This document shows, piece by piece, positions 1 through 13,084 of a DNA stretch of 64,000 nt (position 1 is its first letter; the number at the start of each line of letters is the position of its first letter). The position numbers and the translations under genes were made by a program. The stretch spans positions 5,024,001 to 5,088,000 of the forward strand of contig CM119373.1 in assembly GCA_051294905.1 (NCBI GenBank). Direction: 5' to 3'. This DNA comes from Botryllus schlosseri. Its lineage: Eukaryota. The notes under the pieces were generated by a model. That model was given only the letters and a program-made list of their open reading frames with translations. It was not told the DNA's origin and did not search any database.

Positions 1-634
1 ATACAGACAGTTGAATCATCCGTTTTATATATGTTATCCTTGAGCAGTGTAGTTTGTCAGTATTCCACTTATGATTGAAATATATTGTATTGTGCCAAAC
101 GTAAATATATCGTTTTACTTGAATATATATGCCGCGATGCGCATGCGATACACAATAAACCATATTGACGGCATATCTGTGCCTGAGGAAGCATGGAGGA
201 GTTGCAGGTTATCACTACCGGTCAATTCAACCACCATGGATTCATCTGTTGTTGTTCAAAGAGCAAGGTTTATTTCAACGCATAGCAATAAATCGTACAA
301 CTGATTGATAGGCAATTACCGATTATATACAATGATATTGTGACGGCCAGACTATCAAAACAACGCGCGCCGCGTGTGTGAGCCTCGTTTGCAAGATGCG
401 CGACGTTGAGCACGTGTTACATAAACGGCCTTCACACTCGACTGTGTTACGGTATGAAGCTCACTCAGGACATTTTAGAAAGGTGATATTGCTGTGAAAT
501 CAGTCAGGCGATGATTTCACCCCGAGAGCGTCTATGTATGACGTAAAGGCAAATTCAGTAACAAAATTCTCTTCTAATTTTTCAAAACCTGAAACACTTC
601 TTCTCATAGCGCTTTCAGCTCTCCCAGCTGATCA

Positions 635-717
635 ATCCGAGTAGCTCAGTTGGTTAGGCAGCTGTTTCCTGCTTACAACGATATATTGGGTGTTGGTTCA
701 AGTCCCACTGTTCGGAT
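635..717 (+). pseudogene. tRNA-like sequence (tRNA pseudogene or SINE head)
   Basis: A-box TAGCTCAGTTGG, B-box GGTTCAAGTCCC, acceptor-like stem ATCCGAG/TTCGGAT followed by a T-run; no clean anticodon arm. Confidence 0.6.
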
Positions 718-1234
718 TTTATGATCTTTTTCGTGAGAGCGGTAAAATTTGGACTCGAGGCCGACCGCGGAGATAGGGTTAAGAGAGAATCGGTGTTCAC
801 TGTTCATATCCTCAAAACAGCTATACAGTATACACCACAAGTCTTCGAGGTAGTCTAGTGGTGATGGCCGTGAAATTATACCCAACCACGGTTTATTAGA
901 ATCTAGCATACGTCACTTTAAAACATGTGGCCTTAGGGCAGGGGTGGGCAATTATATTCCTCCGCGGGTCAAATGAGAAGTAAGAAATATGTTGGCGGGC
1001 CAAGTGAAAAAACTTAGCTATACTCTTCAGCGTATTTTAATTTTATTTCTAAATTATATTAGTAATAAATGCTGCTCAGTGAATGTGTTGGTATTACGTA
1101 ATGAGAAAGTGACTGTTAAATAAAAAATATCTATTTGCCGTCATGATTCGATATCATGCTAATATCATGTTAGCCATGATACATTTTAACTCTCTTTAAA
1201 CCCCTATCCGCGTTCCTCTATTAAGACTCTAAAA

Positions 1235-1543
1235 CAGTGGTTCTCAGACTTTTTAGGTACGCCTCACTTTGGGATAGTGAAAAATTTCGCACCCGCCTTA
1301 TCATGATATCAGAAAATATTAAAAAGTGCAACCAGAATGCTAGCAATCCCAACGGATAGTTTGATGACATGGAAGGTTATGGTTGTTGAAGAGAGAGTCA
1401 TGAAATATAAAAGTCGGAGAATACACAGAGCAATAACCATAAGCAGGGGGTATATCGCGCGAAGCGCGAAATTTATTTTCAATAAACTTGGGCTGCGCGC
1501 CACCCTTCCTATGCTTTCACGTCCCCCCGTTCGAGAACCACTG
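1235..1543. mobile_element. hAT MITE nested in 939-2756
   Basis: TIRs CAGTGGTTCTC/GAGAACCACTG; degenerate TSD CTCTAAAA/CACTGAAA; internal segment is the reverse complement of part of the 11889-12176 MITE. Confidence 0.75.
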
Positions 1544-2069
1544 CACTGAAATTTATATGCAATAGTACAAAGCTTATTTTCTTGGTCGCTGCCTTCCGAG
1601 GAGTGTGCACTGTGCAGCTTAAATAGCCTTTATGTTGAGCGATGCTTGAAGTTTTTCTCAATTCCGCCCTCCCTTGACCGAGTGTTTCGTGTTTTTGTCA
1701 TAAGACCGACTTCAATTGAAACTTTTAAACTCGGCGACATGTTCGGCAAAAACTGAAAGGACGGGTTTACCCCTGACTCCAGTTGACGAATATTTAGTGC
1801 GCTAAATTCTAAACCTAAACCTTCTTCGAATTTCAGTTTTCGGCTTTATTTTTTTGGCTTGCGCGGTAATCCTTTATGGGTGATAGATATGATGAGTCAT
1901 ATAGTAATCGTGACCACTGATTGACTTGTTTTACGAATTAAGGATTTGGAAACGTGTCACGTAATCAATTGAAACACATTCCGTATGATGCGTAATGCGA
2001 CAATGGCAACAAGGAAGGTTTGAACTAAACTATATGGAAAGAGTAATTTCTTGTGACTTCAATTGCTAC

Positions 2070-2417
2070 TCATACTTGCCACACTGCCTTTATTTGGAAT
2101 CTGGATTCCGCATGCGAGGTACGTAGGTAGCGTAATCGTGGCGTATTGTTGAACATATTCAGCTTAGTCGTAATTGCTCTCCTGATTTGATACACGGTGT
2201 GGCCCGGTGTTGTACCTGTAGAAATTTTACTCCAAATGGTTTCAAGCTCCTTCCGGACCTCGGTTATCGAATCATTTTTTTTCAACTGATTTACTTTCAA
2301 TAAAAATATGAATCTTTGCAGCACTTTGCGAGTACTAGGTAATTCTGTAGATGATAAGACATCACGTCTGCCTTTTCCTGTTAGGAGTAAATCAACGTCC
2401 TGAGACCGGCGTTCCAA
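2070..2417 (-). pseudogene. N-terminal fragment of a probable DNA transposase-associated protein
   Basis: 'LPSTRKVLQRF...VRKELETIWSK...IRRAITTKL' resembles the N-terminus of some invertebrate DNA transposases; no catalytic core; lies inside a MITE. Confidence 0.35.
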
Positions 2418-2839
2418 ATCAGTTAATTGATATCTTCGCCTCCGAGACAGTAATTCTGCTAACTCGTTTATATGATGTATAAAACTTTATATAAATAGAC
2501 TGTAAAAACATTTGAACGAATTCACTGAAATTTAACGCAACAACCTGCACCATCATAACAAAAGATAGTTCCAGAACGTGCAATGTGCATGAAGAGGCTA
2601 CAAAGTAAACGAATTTCCTGTTGATTTGATATAGCTTATGGTTTTAGTCATTCAAAAAGCAAGTTTTGTTTTGAATTCCAAGCAACCTTTCGCGGGCCGC
2701 ACAGAATCGCTTCGCGGCCCGGATTTGGCCCGCGGGCCGCACTTTGCCCAGGTCTGCCTTGGGGTATGAAAATGGGCGTGGCAATTAGGATTACGTGGCG
2801 TTCGCTGATTGGCCGGCAACAAAATTCCTTACCCTCACT

Positions 2840-4516
2840 CACTGGCGTAGCAGCATGTGCTGCCGCCCCTGGCTCTCGCTTAAAATGCCGCCCCCTAATT
2901 AGACCGCAGCTAATATCAATATAGATTCATGATCAAACAATCTTGTCAATAAAAATAATTACAAGTAATATGCCGCGTCTCAGGCTCACCGTCTCAGCGT
3001 TAATAAGGCCAAAAATATTATAGACGAGAAATAGCGAACGAATGTATTGTGCAAATAGAAAATCAATAGCCGTCTCAAAACTTAACTTTTCGGGATTTGC
3101 CGATGCAAAATAATAATATCCTCATATTCAAGATTTTGAGCGTAGTCTCTTTTTATAGACCAGTGGTTCTCAACCGGGGGTCCGCGGACCCCTGGTGGTC
3201 CACAAAGCATTTTCAGGGGGTCTGCGAAGCCTCTAAATTTGTAAAGTCATTGGTAACCTAATTTACATTTTTTAATTAGGAAAAGCATGGGACAGTTTTC
3301 GCTTCGCTTCATAATTACTAAAACTTTAGGACTCACGTCATTAAAATGGTCGTCTGTGATAAAATTTTCGACTGTGCAAACTCATTTTACTGTCAACTTA
3401 CCAATGGCATGCCGATGCAAGCATATATTGCTGTTCATAAATGTTTTGTTAGGGTTTCTGAAAAATTAAATGTTGGAGATAGCAATTTGGATTTGCAGTT
3501 GTCAGTCGCAGCAAATTTGTAAACATTTGTTTGAAATAGAAGTCCCTGAACTTTTTTCCTGATCTGTCCCAATGAAGGAATTGTAACCGCGCCGCCACGA
3601 AATCCATTTTTTTCTGTGATATAACCACTAAATGCCTTCAAGATGAGATGCTAGATAGAAATGACTAGAGGCTGCGTGGACATGATATGTTTATTACAAA
3701 CACACCAAAAGCTATCGTCGCTATCGTTAATATTACATTCGCCACCAATATATCTTTGTGGAAATGGACTTTAGGCACTCGATCATATCCAATCAAAGAC
3801 GAAAATTTTTAAGACAATAAATACAGGTGGAAAATTCGTTTCGAAATATTAAAAGTCTACCCAATTTCGACATATAGTGTGATGTTATTTTCAATAAAAT
3901 TCATTTTCTGACTGTTTATTACTAACCTAAAATCAATGTTTGCACGAGTCAGTTGACGGTTGCACGATAATTGAGCTAATTTTGAACGAAAACTTGTGGG
4001 GGTCCGCGGAGGTCTGTGGCGGTCCAAAAGGGGTCCGCGAAGACAAAAAGGTTGAGAACCACTGCTATCGATAGAGTTGATAGGCGATCATCATTCATGG
4101 TAGAACGTAAATAGGACTTAATCAGTTTGAGCTTTGACAAGCTCCTCGCACAGCTCTCAATTGAAACACCAATGGTCAGATGAAGTTTCAGACACGAGCA
4201 TAAATATGGTGTCAAATGAAGTAGCTTTGCATTAACTAACCAACCATTGTTAGGAACAAGCGGCCTTGACGGCTATTTCGGAATGGTTCCATTGTCATGT
4301 TAACATATTATTTCGTGTTTTCGGAATTAGCGTGACACTAGCTTTCGATTGAGACCAGTTTGAATAAATTTTAGCTCACGGGACGCCAGCTATAGGACTA
4401 CCAATTACGCTGCTTTAGCTGGCTGTGTGCACTGTGTTAGCCTCATTTTGCCGCCCCCTTGGAGCCTGCCGCCCCTGGCGCAGAGCCAGACCCGCCAAGT
4501 GGCTGCTATGCCACTG
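2840..4516 (-). mobile_element. hAT deletion derivative with transposase dimerization-domain remnant
   Basis: TIRs CACTGGCGTAGCAGC/GCTGCTATGCCACTG; perfect TSD CCCTCACT; 'LTIGVSIESCARSLSKLKLIKSYLRSTMNDDRLSTLSI' (4065-4200) is the hAT C-terminal dimerization motif and continues below 3160 beyond a nested MITE. Confidence 0.9.
3161..4064. mobile_element. hAT MITE nested in the transposase remnant
   Basis: TIRs CAGTGGTTCTCAACC/GGTTGAGAACCACTG; GGGGTCCGCG subterminal repeats; interrupts the hAT dimerization motif. Confidence 0.85.
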
Positions 4517-5900
4517 CCCTCACTACTACTACAGGCTTATATTTCAACGGGAGTGCAGGCACGCTATCGAACAATCACAATCTTGATGGCTAGTTTATAA
4601 TTCAGAGTCGTAAACGTGAACATCACTTCCAAATTAGTTCACATCTCTCTTGTGATTAGGACGACTACATTCTGCTGATAAATTGATATGTTCGCATAAT
4701 AAATATGGAACTAAATAGATTTTCTCGCAACTATTCGTCGATAAAGGGCATCCCTGTATTTACTACCATGAAAGTAATGTAGCTAATGAAGCCAATGGTG
4801 ATAGGAAAGAGAAAGAGTCCATTATCGCACACACTCATCTGATATATCTGACATCATTACGTTATCAAAATGATCGGTTGGATCAAATTTAATCGCACGA
4901 AAAAACATAATCAGCATGGATCAACTGGACTCCTGACCTTCGGCGATGCCGCATACTTGTATATATACCTATATACCTATATACCTAATATCTGCTCTGA
5001 ACAGTAAATCAAGCCACTGTGACGTCGACCAGCGTCAGGTATTGCGTACAATTTGCCAATTTTGGCCGCCCGCCAATTAAAATAGGTCTATCGTCATACG
5101 CGCGTTCGTTGCTTAAATTGACTCTGAATTGGTCGTTTTGAGATAACAGCTGATGTCCATGCCAATCATGTATTTGGGGAAGCTACTGTTCGCGGTATAC
5201 CTTTCAACCATCGCTTTCGGTTCCTGATATGGATTAAAATACTCGTGATACACTCATATATCATGTATGTACACTTGAACAGGTTTCTACCACATCGTTT
5301 CCATCGAATATGATTTTAAAAATTGCTATCCTTACCGCAATAGGCCTAAGCGACGTTAAATTATGACACCAACGCGATTGCTAAGAATAGTGCATCGCAT
5401 GGAAAAGTTGCAAATATGGCACTATATCTGAAGCGGGGAAACGTTACAATGAGGTGATTCGATGAATACATGTTAACTCTGGGGGTGGTATTTCAACTCT
5501 ACCTCCAGTACACGTACAATTGTATTTATAACTTTTGAAAACTGAATTGCAAAATCAGTGCCAGAGACAGTCAGTCACACTCGCAATCCATATGCGTATG
5601 TAGACTGACCAATTTAGTTTATGGTGCACTAAATTAGAATATAGTTCAATAACAACAAAGAAGCAAATCTTTTTGGTTCGCAGGCGCTCTCAAACCCCAA
5701 TTTGATCGTGGAAAAGAGTTTGGGGTTCGCTGGTCCAACATGCTTCATCTAAATTTCCTCACGTGGTTATCTGATATTATCAAATATTGAGATATTGCGC
5801 GCTTTGCATTAAAAAGCATCAGCAACGAATTTCTTTATTCCAGAATAGCACATTATGTAGTTTTCCTACGAAATGAATAATTTGAGCCATTATGACTCAC

Positions 5901-6214
5901 TTGAAGTCGATCCTTGAAACACCTTGTTATGATGCCCAAAAGCTCATCGTCGATACTGCAGTTGCGTAAATACAAAGAGTCAAAGCTTTGAGACCTTGCT
6001 GCAAGCGATCCAACGATATGAGCTTCATCTCGATTCAATGAGATGTAACTCGCATTGACCACGGAAACATATTTCATGAGATTGTCGTCGCCTGATTCGT
6101 AGATTGCTGTATAGAGTTCCATGCGCATGTATCTGTCTTCGTATGAAGTCTTATCCTGAAGTTGTGAACGAATCGATTGCGATAGAACTTGTTGGTTCTT
6201 CGCTTGATCCGAAA
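5901..6214 (-). CDS. NLR gene exon 4 (post-NACHT helical region/first LRR-like repeat)
   Basis: Acceptor tttcacag, donor gtgagt; phase-1 in-frame with the NACHT exon; 'ELYTAIYESG...FDSLYLRNCSIDDELL' is LRR-like. Confidence 0.8.
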
Positions 6215-6618
6215 CTGTGAAACAATACGCAATATCATTGTGTACGTTATCGTTTTGCGCCTGCGCTTACGTAAATATTATAAGATATACGCTACTACGG
6301 TTACACAGGGTTAAAGTTGAGCAAATGAACTCTAGAATAGAGTTCCCGTGGATCACTCATGAGCATTGAGCAATAATGATTCATAGTGACTCCAGGATCT
6401 GGATTTACAATATCATCTGGGTCTCCAGTGAGTGATACCCCAATATATGTGCCTGCAGCAATCACAGAACTTCGCTTCTCTAACAAAGTCGATATATGAT
6501 GTTTTTCCTCCGTTTGCATATTCATTCGAACCAATCTAGTTCTTGAATGGATTTTGAAAGCCGTCGACATTTGTGTATTGTATCCAGACACCAGCTTACA
6601 ACCTACTACATTCTAAGC

Positions 6619-7911
6619 CAGTGTTTCCCAACCTGTTTCGACTCATCGCCCCTTATCAAGCTCGTCACAAATTTTCGTCCCCTAACATTTACGGATTCGA
6701 AAAAGAGGACACTTATATACGGGAAATTTATTCAATCAACTCTGATCGCTGGTGAATTGACTAAAAAAGGTCATTTATCTGAGTAGGTGCTCGTAAAACC
6801 GGTTTCCGCGTCTACTTTCCGTTGAGTTGACTTATTTTTAATAAACTTTTGCGTCATATGCAGAATAAGCAGTCTTCGCGTGCATTTTTGGCCGTGGTAA
6901 TTAAATAGGGGAGCTGTGGTACAGATAAGACACTGGGATCGAAAATACGTGAAAAATTCTCTATCATAATTCCATGATTACACTCCGTGAATTTGTCTAC
7001 AATTGCATGCTGGCAGAATCTTTCCTCACATGCAAAAAACTGCGACCGGCATGAGTTATGGGGTCTCTAATAGACGTTTTGTGTTTTGGCGGGTTTAAAA
7101 TAAATTTCGATCGACGCATTCATTTTTATTTGTAATATTCAACAAGAACAAACATGCAATACTTTTTATTGTGAAGTGTAGGGTTTATACCACGCTATCT
7201 AACGGCACATATTTTTTTATTCAATACCATCCTTGAGTGGACTTTTTTTCAATTGAAATACATAATTTATACAGTTGAGGCCAATGATACCATAGCCAAA
7301 TCAAACAAAATAGTTGGCTTAACTAGTCATGCAACAACAGACACACGCCCACTAACACATGGACGCTGTATTTAATAATTACATGTGATGTTTAATCGCT
7401 ATAATGAGCTATTTGACAGTCAAAATCTCGATTTACGGGCAATGTGTATGTACCCTCAAATTTGTAAGTTTGTGCTTAAATCGAACCGTGATTTCATGGC
7501 AACATTTGAGGTATTATTTATTTTGTTTTCTCGACGGTTGCGATCAAACATTCTTTTCTGGCTCGCTGTAGCTTATGCCGTATGGCTCATTGGTTCCCAG
7601 GTCGTGTTCCTTCCTACCCACCGTTCATAAATATCTTTTCAATTGGCAGATATTCATTATTCCTGTATATATATCCGGTAGGTAGAGCTTGTACCAAAGT
7701 GTTGAGCCAGCAAAAATTCAGCTCTTATCGGCTGAAGATTTGAGGGCCAGAGAATAATTTGCAATTCTTGATCCATCGGAACCACATCTCCCCTATATCT
7801 CTCAGGACGTTCTAACATTTTCACCCCCTAGTCACCTCCTTTGGTGTTTTCGCCCCCTTATGTCTCAAAATTGCCCCCTGGGGGGCGATATCGCCCACGT
7901 TGGGACCACTG
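6619..7911. mobile_element. hAT-type MITE
   Basis: Ends CAGTGTTTCCCAAC/GTTGGGACCACTG; CGCCCC subterminal repeats; TSD poorly conserved. Confidence 0.6.
6908..7793. mobile_element. TA-flanked non-autonomous DNA transposon nested in 6619-7911
   Basis: TIRs GGGGAGCTGTGGT/ACCACATCTCCCC flanked by TA; pieces recur at ~39083-39235 and ~49787-49880. Confidence 0.65.
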
Positions 7912-8423
7912 CAACGAGCAAATAGAGCGCGTATTCACACCCAAAGTGCCGAAAACATAACATAACTCAGAATTATATTGCGATCATGAATTCTGCGTGC
8001 ATACATTTCTGCGTTCCTATGTGCTTGTATAATTTGGATGAAAATGTCGTACTCGATTCAAACCGCGGTATAAGTCTGAGGGAGGTGCAGGTTTCGTGTG
8101 CCATAGGTGCACTGTATATTCACTTCCGTATATCAAGGGTGGTACCCGGGTGGAAATATACACACTTTTTCCAAGTGCATTAGCGTTGTTTTGACGCAAC
8201 AATATCCTCCGAACTTATGCAGATTTTAGATGTACGGTTTTATTTTTTCCGACTTAATGTAAGCACTTTTTACCGTCACCGTAGGTCTATATGTATTTAA
8301 GATCTTTCGACTATGTCAATCCTTCGATTGTGACGATGCCATTAAAGTCATAAACTATAAGCGACCCGTATATTCAATCGGTGTTGCGGCAGAATAGCTG
8401 CGGAAAACCATGAATATACTTAC

Positions 8424-9968
8424 CGCTGTGAAGGTCGCTATTAGATTTCATGTAAACGATGCCTGTGACAAATCTTCGAACCACGGACCATCGTTTCTCA
8501 TGTAGATGTTGGCTATCAAAGCGAGAGAACACTTCGTGCTTCATTTCGGAGACAAAACTAGCTGCCAGAAATTCTTGCATGCTTTGATGGCAAAAGAAGA
8601 ATGTGAAGTCCCCTTCTATCAAGTGACGGCTGAGGATGTTGTTGCCAGGCACTTTCGTCATCAAATCCTGTACTTCGACCGCGGAAACTCCAAACTGATC
8701 CAAATCTGCCTTGTAGAATACAACTCGTCCCGCTTTCATGCCTTCAAACGCCATTGCCTTCAATTTGTTGATAATCGAGAGGATTTCCTTACGGTTTCGG
8801 ATATTTTCAACACTCTGTAAAACTAACATGATCCTGCTGTACAGTTCTGTTACGGTAGACGGAGGAGGTCTGTCTGGGTTAATGCTCATCACCACTGCTA
8901 TCAAAATCAGGAAAACCGGGACCGATGCTAGTTGTAATAATCGCGGTGACATGATTTTAACCTTCTCCCAGAGACGCTGTCCGTTCTCACAGAGCAGGAA
9001 AGTAAACAGTTTACAAGCGTCCTGCAGTGTGAGACCGTTAAGTGTTATGATTTCTTCCGGACGTGCCTCCGCCGGTAACTCGGATACTTTGAATTCACGT
9101 GACGCCACGATGATTTTGACATGGCGAAGGATTCTGCGTGATAAGATGTTGTACATGATGGTCGAGGTATTCGCATTTTCAAACGTTTTGATTTTTCGCA
9201 CGCTAGACTCCTCAAAATCCCACTTCACTTGATCAAGCCCGTCAAAAATGATAATTGCTTCAGATTGATGCTCGAACAACCATTCGAAAGCTTGATTCTC
9301 TTCAGATTCGCTTTTAAACAGACCGCCGAATAAAAGTTTGGATGCCTTTGTATAGTTTTCTGCTTTCATGTTCTTCAATTCGACGTAATGTATCATTTTA
9401 CGCTTCAGTTTAGGTTCGGAAGTACTCCGTTCACATTTCTTATTCGAAGAGAAAATTCCAAATGCTCTTCGGACAATTCTATGGAATAAATTAGTTTTTT
9501 TGAATAGAACGGCTTCATTCTTTTCCTTAGCAGAGGGAATTTCGAGCGCTTTCCGAGCAATTCTACGCATGAGGGTAGTTTTACCAGATCCTGCAGACGC
9601 GACGATAGCAGTGTAACCAACTATATCATCAGGAGGTAATCTCTCAGATTTTGACACCGATTCCATTATTTCTTCCATTGTAATCGGTTTACGGTCGTTG
9701 ACGGATTGACGGTAAAACCCGACTTCCTCTATAAACTGACTTTGAAACCCTTTTCTTTTAGATCCACTAACAATTTCGTCATTTGAAGAATTTTTTTCGC
9801 GAAAACGGCCTTTGTAGTAGGCATCAACATTGACTTTTTTCATCTGCGGGAAAACTTCGAAGTCAGGTTCGTGGGGAATTTCATTCTTGAAGTCTTCGCG
9901 AATTCCACTTGCCGTTTCTTGTCGAGTATTGTCGTTTATAACCTCTAACAATTTTGGGTAATTAACAC
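8424..9968 (-). CDS. NLR gene exon 3, NACHT NTPase domain
   Basis: Open 1545-bp exon (acceptor ttttctgcag, donor gtaagt); Walker A ASAGSGKTT, Walker B IIIFDGLDQ, sensor-1 IIVASR, 'LASVPVF', winged-helix FCHQSMQEFLAA, 'RWSVVRRFVTG'. Confidence 0.95.
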
Positions 9969-11569
9969 CTGCAGAAAAGAGTACGTAAATTAGGAAATAT
10001 CTCAAGTCTGCCACGTCATCTCGCTAGTACGAAATTCCTTCAAATCGTATTTTCTTGAATTAGGACGGTGTCGTTATACTTAATCTCGTTGTGGCTGCAT
10101 CAGTATGACCGCCACCTTCAACGAGCCAGAGATCAGGTGTTTCTTAATGTAACCTAAAACAGTAACGATATTTCTTCCATATTCAATCCTGGTAGCGCTT
10201 CTGGACTGTATTGCGCATAATTATCTTAACGCTATCATCTCGGCCACCACTTTACTCCGATGAATCATTGTTTGCATAAGGCCTACTCATTGCCATCGCA
10301 AACATCTACCTACCCATGTAGTAGTCTATCCTACCCCGACACCATTTCTGATGCATATGTTGGTAAGAAAACTGAGCCACTGTCCGCAGTAAAGTTGTCG
10401 TTGTTGTTTCCGGTATGGCAGATCGAGTTATTACATTGTGGCGTAACAACTTTGGCAGCCAGCTTAACATAAAATCACGGAAAGGCAGTACGACGTCCAT
10501 TCATTGCGAAACCATTGCATTGTTGATCAATCTTTCGGTAGCCATGGAGCATTTACCGTTTCATCGGAATCAGAAATCAACATGCGAAAATGAATGCCGC
10601 GACCCGACCATAGATCGGTTGCGACCAGGACCGTAACTACCGCACCCCAAACTTCCTTTTGAAGGGGCGAGCTCGAAAGGGGGCCCAAATGTATTTCGCA
10701 AATCAACATAAATTATAATGTAGTTTGCGGTAGATTTAATACAACTTCAAAATTTTCTTCCCGCCTCGAGCCATTTGCCGTACTTGGATGTCTACTTTTC
10801 ACACATATCTACCTGCAGCGCCCCAAGAAAAAATACTCATAATTTTTAAAGAAATAGGCATTTCAACGTCGCCCGTCACCTCTCCACGACACAACAAGAC
10901 TTGTTGAGTTTCGGCGAACATGCGACTTCGCGAAGTGTGTTACCAAATAAAACATTGGCCGAAAATTACATCCGCATGTTGGCCGAAACCATCAATACAT
11001 AGAGCCTATTGCCAATTAGCCATAGGCGCGGAATAGTCCTGCGCTTGATATCTGAAGTCATCACCTCCCTCAGCCCTACCAGTAAATCTGATCACTTGGA
11101 CTGGAAGACGTAAAAAAATCATTGTCAATGTATGCAATTACCATATTATAGACACAATTTATTCCTTAGAATGATTTTTTTCGCGCTTCGCACCTGCACA
11201 TTAAGGCATATTCTCCACAACATGATAAGGTACCATACTGTTAATGGTAAAAAGGCCGGTCTGGAAGGGGGTCGGGAAGTTAGGCTTATGATCATATTGG
11301 GTATTAAGACTAACGTTTGCAGTGAGGATAACGAAGTACTGTTTCGGTCCTGGGTGCGACTAGTAATAAAACCACCATACAGTGCGTGAACCTGATGACG
11401 CATTGCGTGAAATGTTCAAACAAGTGAATTGAAAGAACCTTTACACGATGGGGGATCTGAGAATTTGATAACCTACTTCATATGTAAAGTGGTCGTTACA
11501 GGCGTTTACTTCTTGTGATTTCTAGTGATAACCATAAAACCACAATCAGTGGCGGCTCTTCCTATAGGG

Positions 11570-12540
11570 TAGGGGTCACCAACACGCGGCCCGCGAGGTC
11601 ATATTTTGCGGCCCGCGACTTGATTTGAAATTTCGGAAGAAAGCTAAGAAACCCATTTTGAAATGCTGAAGTTGAGCACAGTTTCAACATATTGTAGCTG
11701 CTCTTTTAAAATACGGCTATTCTCCGGTGCCCAACATTACTATTCGTCACTAGCTTTGGCTTTGGCGATGTCAACAGCATTCCATCGAAGGACAATAACC
11801 AACTGATATTAATGGGCTGGGCCTATCGCCTTGACGAACAATGGCCCAAACACTGCCAAGACCGAAACGTTTGGATAACGGCCTAGGGCAGTGGTTCTCA
11901 AACTGGGGGGCGCGCCCCTCTTGTTGGGGTGTGAACGCATCTGAAGGGGGCGCGGAGCTGCGGTCAACTAAAAAGCATCACATTAAAATTTTGTGTATAG
12001 TCTAGAATTCATATAATAGAATTTTCTCATCAATTAACAATCAAAACCACCCATGCCATCAAACTATCCGTTGGGATTGCTAGCATTCTGGTTGCATTTT
12101 GTGATATGACGGTAAGGGGGAGCGAAATTCTCAGTATCATAAAGGGGGCGTGTATAAAAAAGTTTTAGAACCACTGGCTTAGGGCTTCCACGCAAGATCA
12201 AGCTTAACGAGGAGATGGTCTTTCAGGTAGTAACGTATCTCGCTAGCCCTAATACCGATTCCTCAGTCGCTGAAAAGCGTTTCCAGGTATCGTGCGCAGC
12301 TCAAAGCTCAAAATAAAATGAAATTGATAATGATTTTAGTTGTATTTGTATTCCTTAATAAAATATCACTTCTTTCGTGGTCACTATGCCCGTTGTCAAT
12401 GTTAGGTAGTACGGCGTTGTACTGACGTTGAGTTTTAAAACGTTGTTCCGTAGTTTATATCATTATTGAATACACGCGGCCCGCTGCCGCTACGAAATTT
12501 GAAAAGTGGCCCGCAACCCATTTTGAGTAGGCGACCCCTG
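11570..12540. mobile_element. hAT (Charlie-like) MITE
   Basis: Ends TAGGGGTCACC/GGCGACCCCTG; perfect TSD CTATAGGG; inserted into the 5' end of another element starting CAGTGGCGGCTC at 11547. Confidence 0.85.
11889..12176. mobile_element. hAT MITE nested in 11570-12540
   Basis: TIRs CAGTGGTTCTCAAACT/AGTTTTAGAACCACTG; TSD GCCTAGGG/GCTTAGGG. Confidence 0.85.
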
Positions 12541-12799
12541 CTATAGGGCAACTGCGGTCATGCCTCACCCAATAAATATGTTCAATAACAATGATTTACC
12601 TTTTATAGACGTACAACAATTCATATATACCGGAATAACTGCGAAAATCGCAATAAAGAAACGGTGATTTACTCACTCTATTCCTAATATTACCGAGCAA
12701 GCGGAGCAACTTTGGGATTTGGTCCGTCAGTGTGATGTAACGAGGGTATGTATATCTGAACTCTGTTACCGTCCTATGCGTGGAGTTGACTTTTGTAGG

Positions 12800-13084
12800 C
12801 ATAGGTCGATTTTGGCGGTGTTTTGCACCATTATAATTCTTGAAACTTGGTGTGTTATGTCGTGATGGTGGTATTTAACAGTTCTCCAAGTTCCAGGGCT
12901 ACTTAACGATTAGGGTAGTAATTCCGTTTCCGAAATTGGTTGGGTACTGTTCCGCAATGTATCGCAATAAGATTTTGCTCAAAAGCCGGTATTCGTCTTC
13001 ATTGATTTGGCCATGTTCCATACCGAGATTGGTCATGAGATTTGGCACGGTATGCCCTAATTTTAGTATCGAACGTTGTGTCAA
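12800..13084 (-). pseudogene. decayed Tx1/L1-like ORF1 fragment
   Basis: 'YPTNFGNGITTLIVK...IP...NYNG' resembles the NGxRxV..IP..YxGQ region of Tx1-type ORF1; contains stops. Confidence 0.35.

Larger units (their letters stand above)
939..2756. mobile_element. non-autonomous hAT (Charlie/Buster-like) element
   Basis: Ends CAGGGGTGGGCAA...TTGCCCAGGTCTG; 8-bp TSD CCTTAGGG/CCTTGGGG; GGCCCGCG subterminal motifs; minus-strand remnant ~1640-1860 reads 'GKPV..HVAEFKSFNxSRSYDK', like the N-terminal zinc finger of GTF2IRD2-type hAT transposases. Confidence 0.8.

Noticed and set aside
635..717. Functional tRNA gene
   Set aside because: No canonical anticodon stem-loop; mismatched T stem and extra bases before the acceptor stem
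6301..6591. Extra NLR exon or effector gene
   Set aside because: No recognisable motif; exons 8424-9968 and 5901-6214 join in frame without it
8374..10014. 546-aa single-exon protein as given in the ORF track
   Set aside because: The ends are intronic (polypyrimidine-AG at 9969, GTAAGT at 8423); it is an internal exon
10260..10472. GIY-YIG/Penelope-like 'AYVGK' motif
   Set aside because: Too short and lacks the other conserved residues
12899..13084. Possible death-domain exon for the NLR ('KLGHTVPNLMTNLGMEHGQI')
   Set aside because: No suitable splice sites seen, in-frame stops follow, and downstream residues fit a Tx1-type ORF1 better
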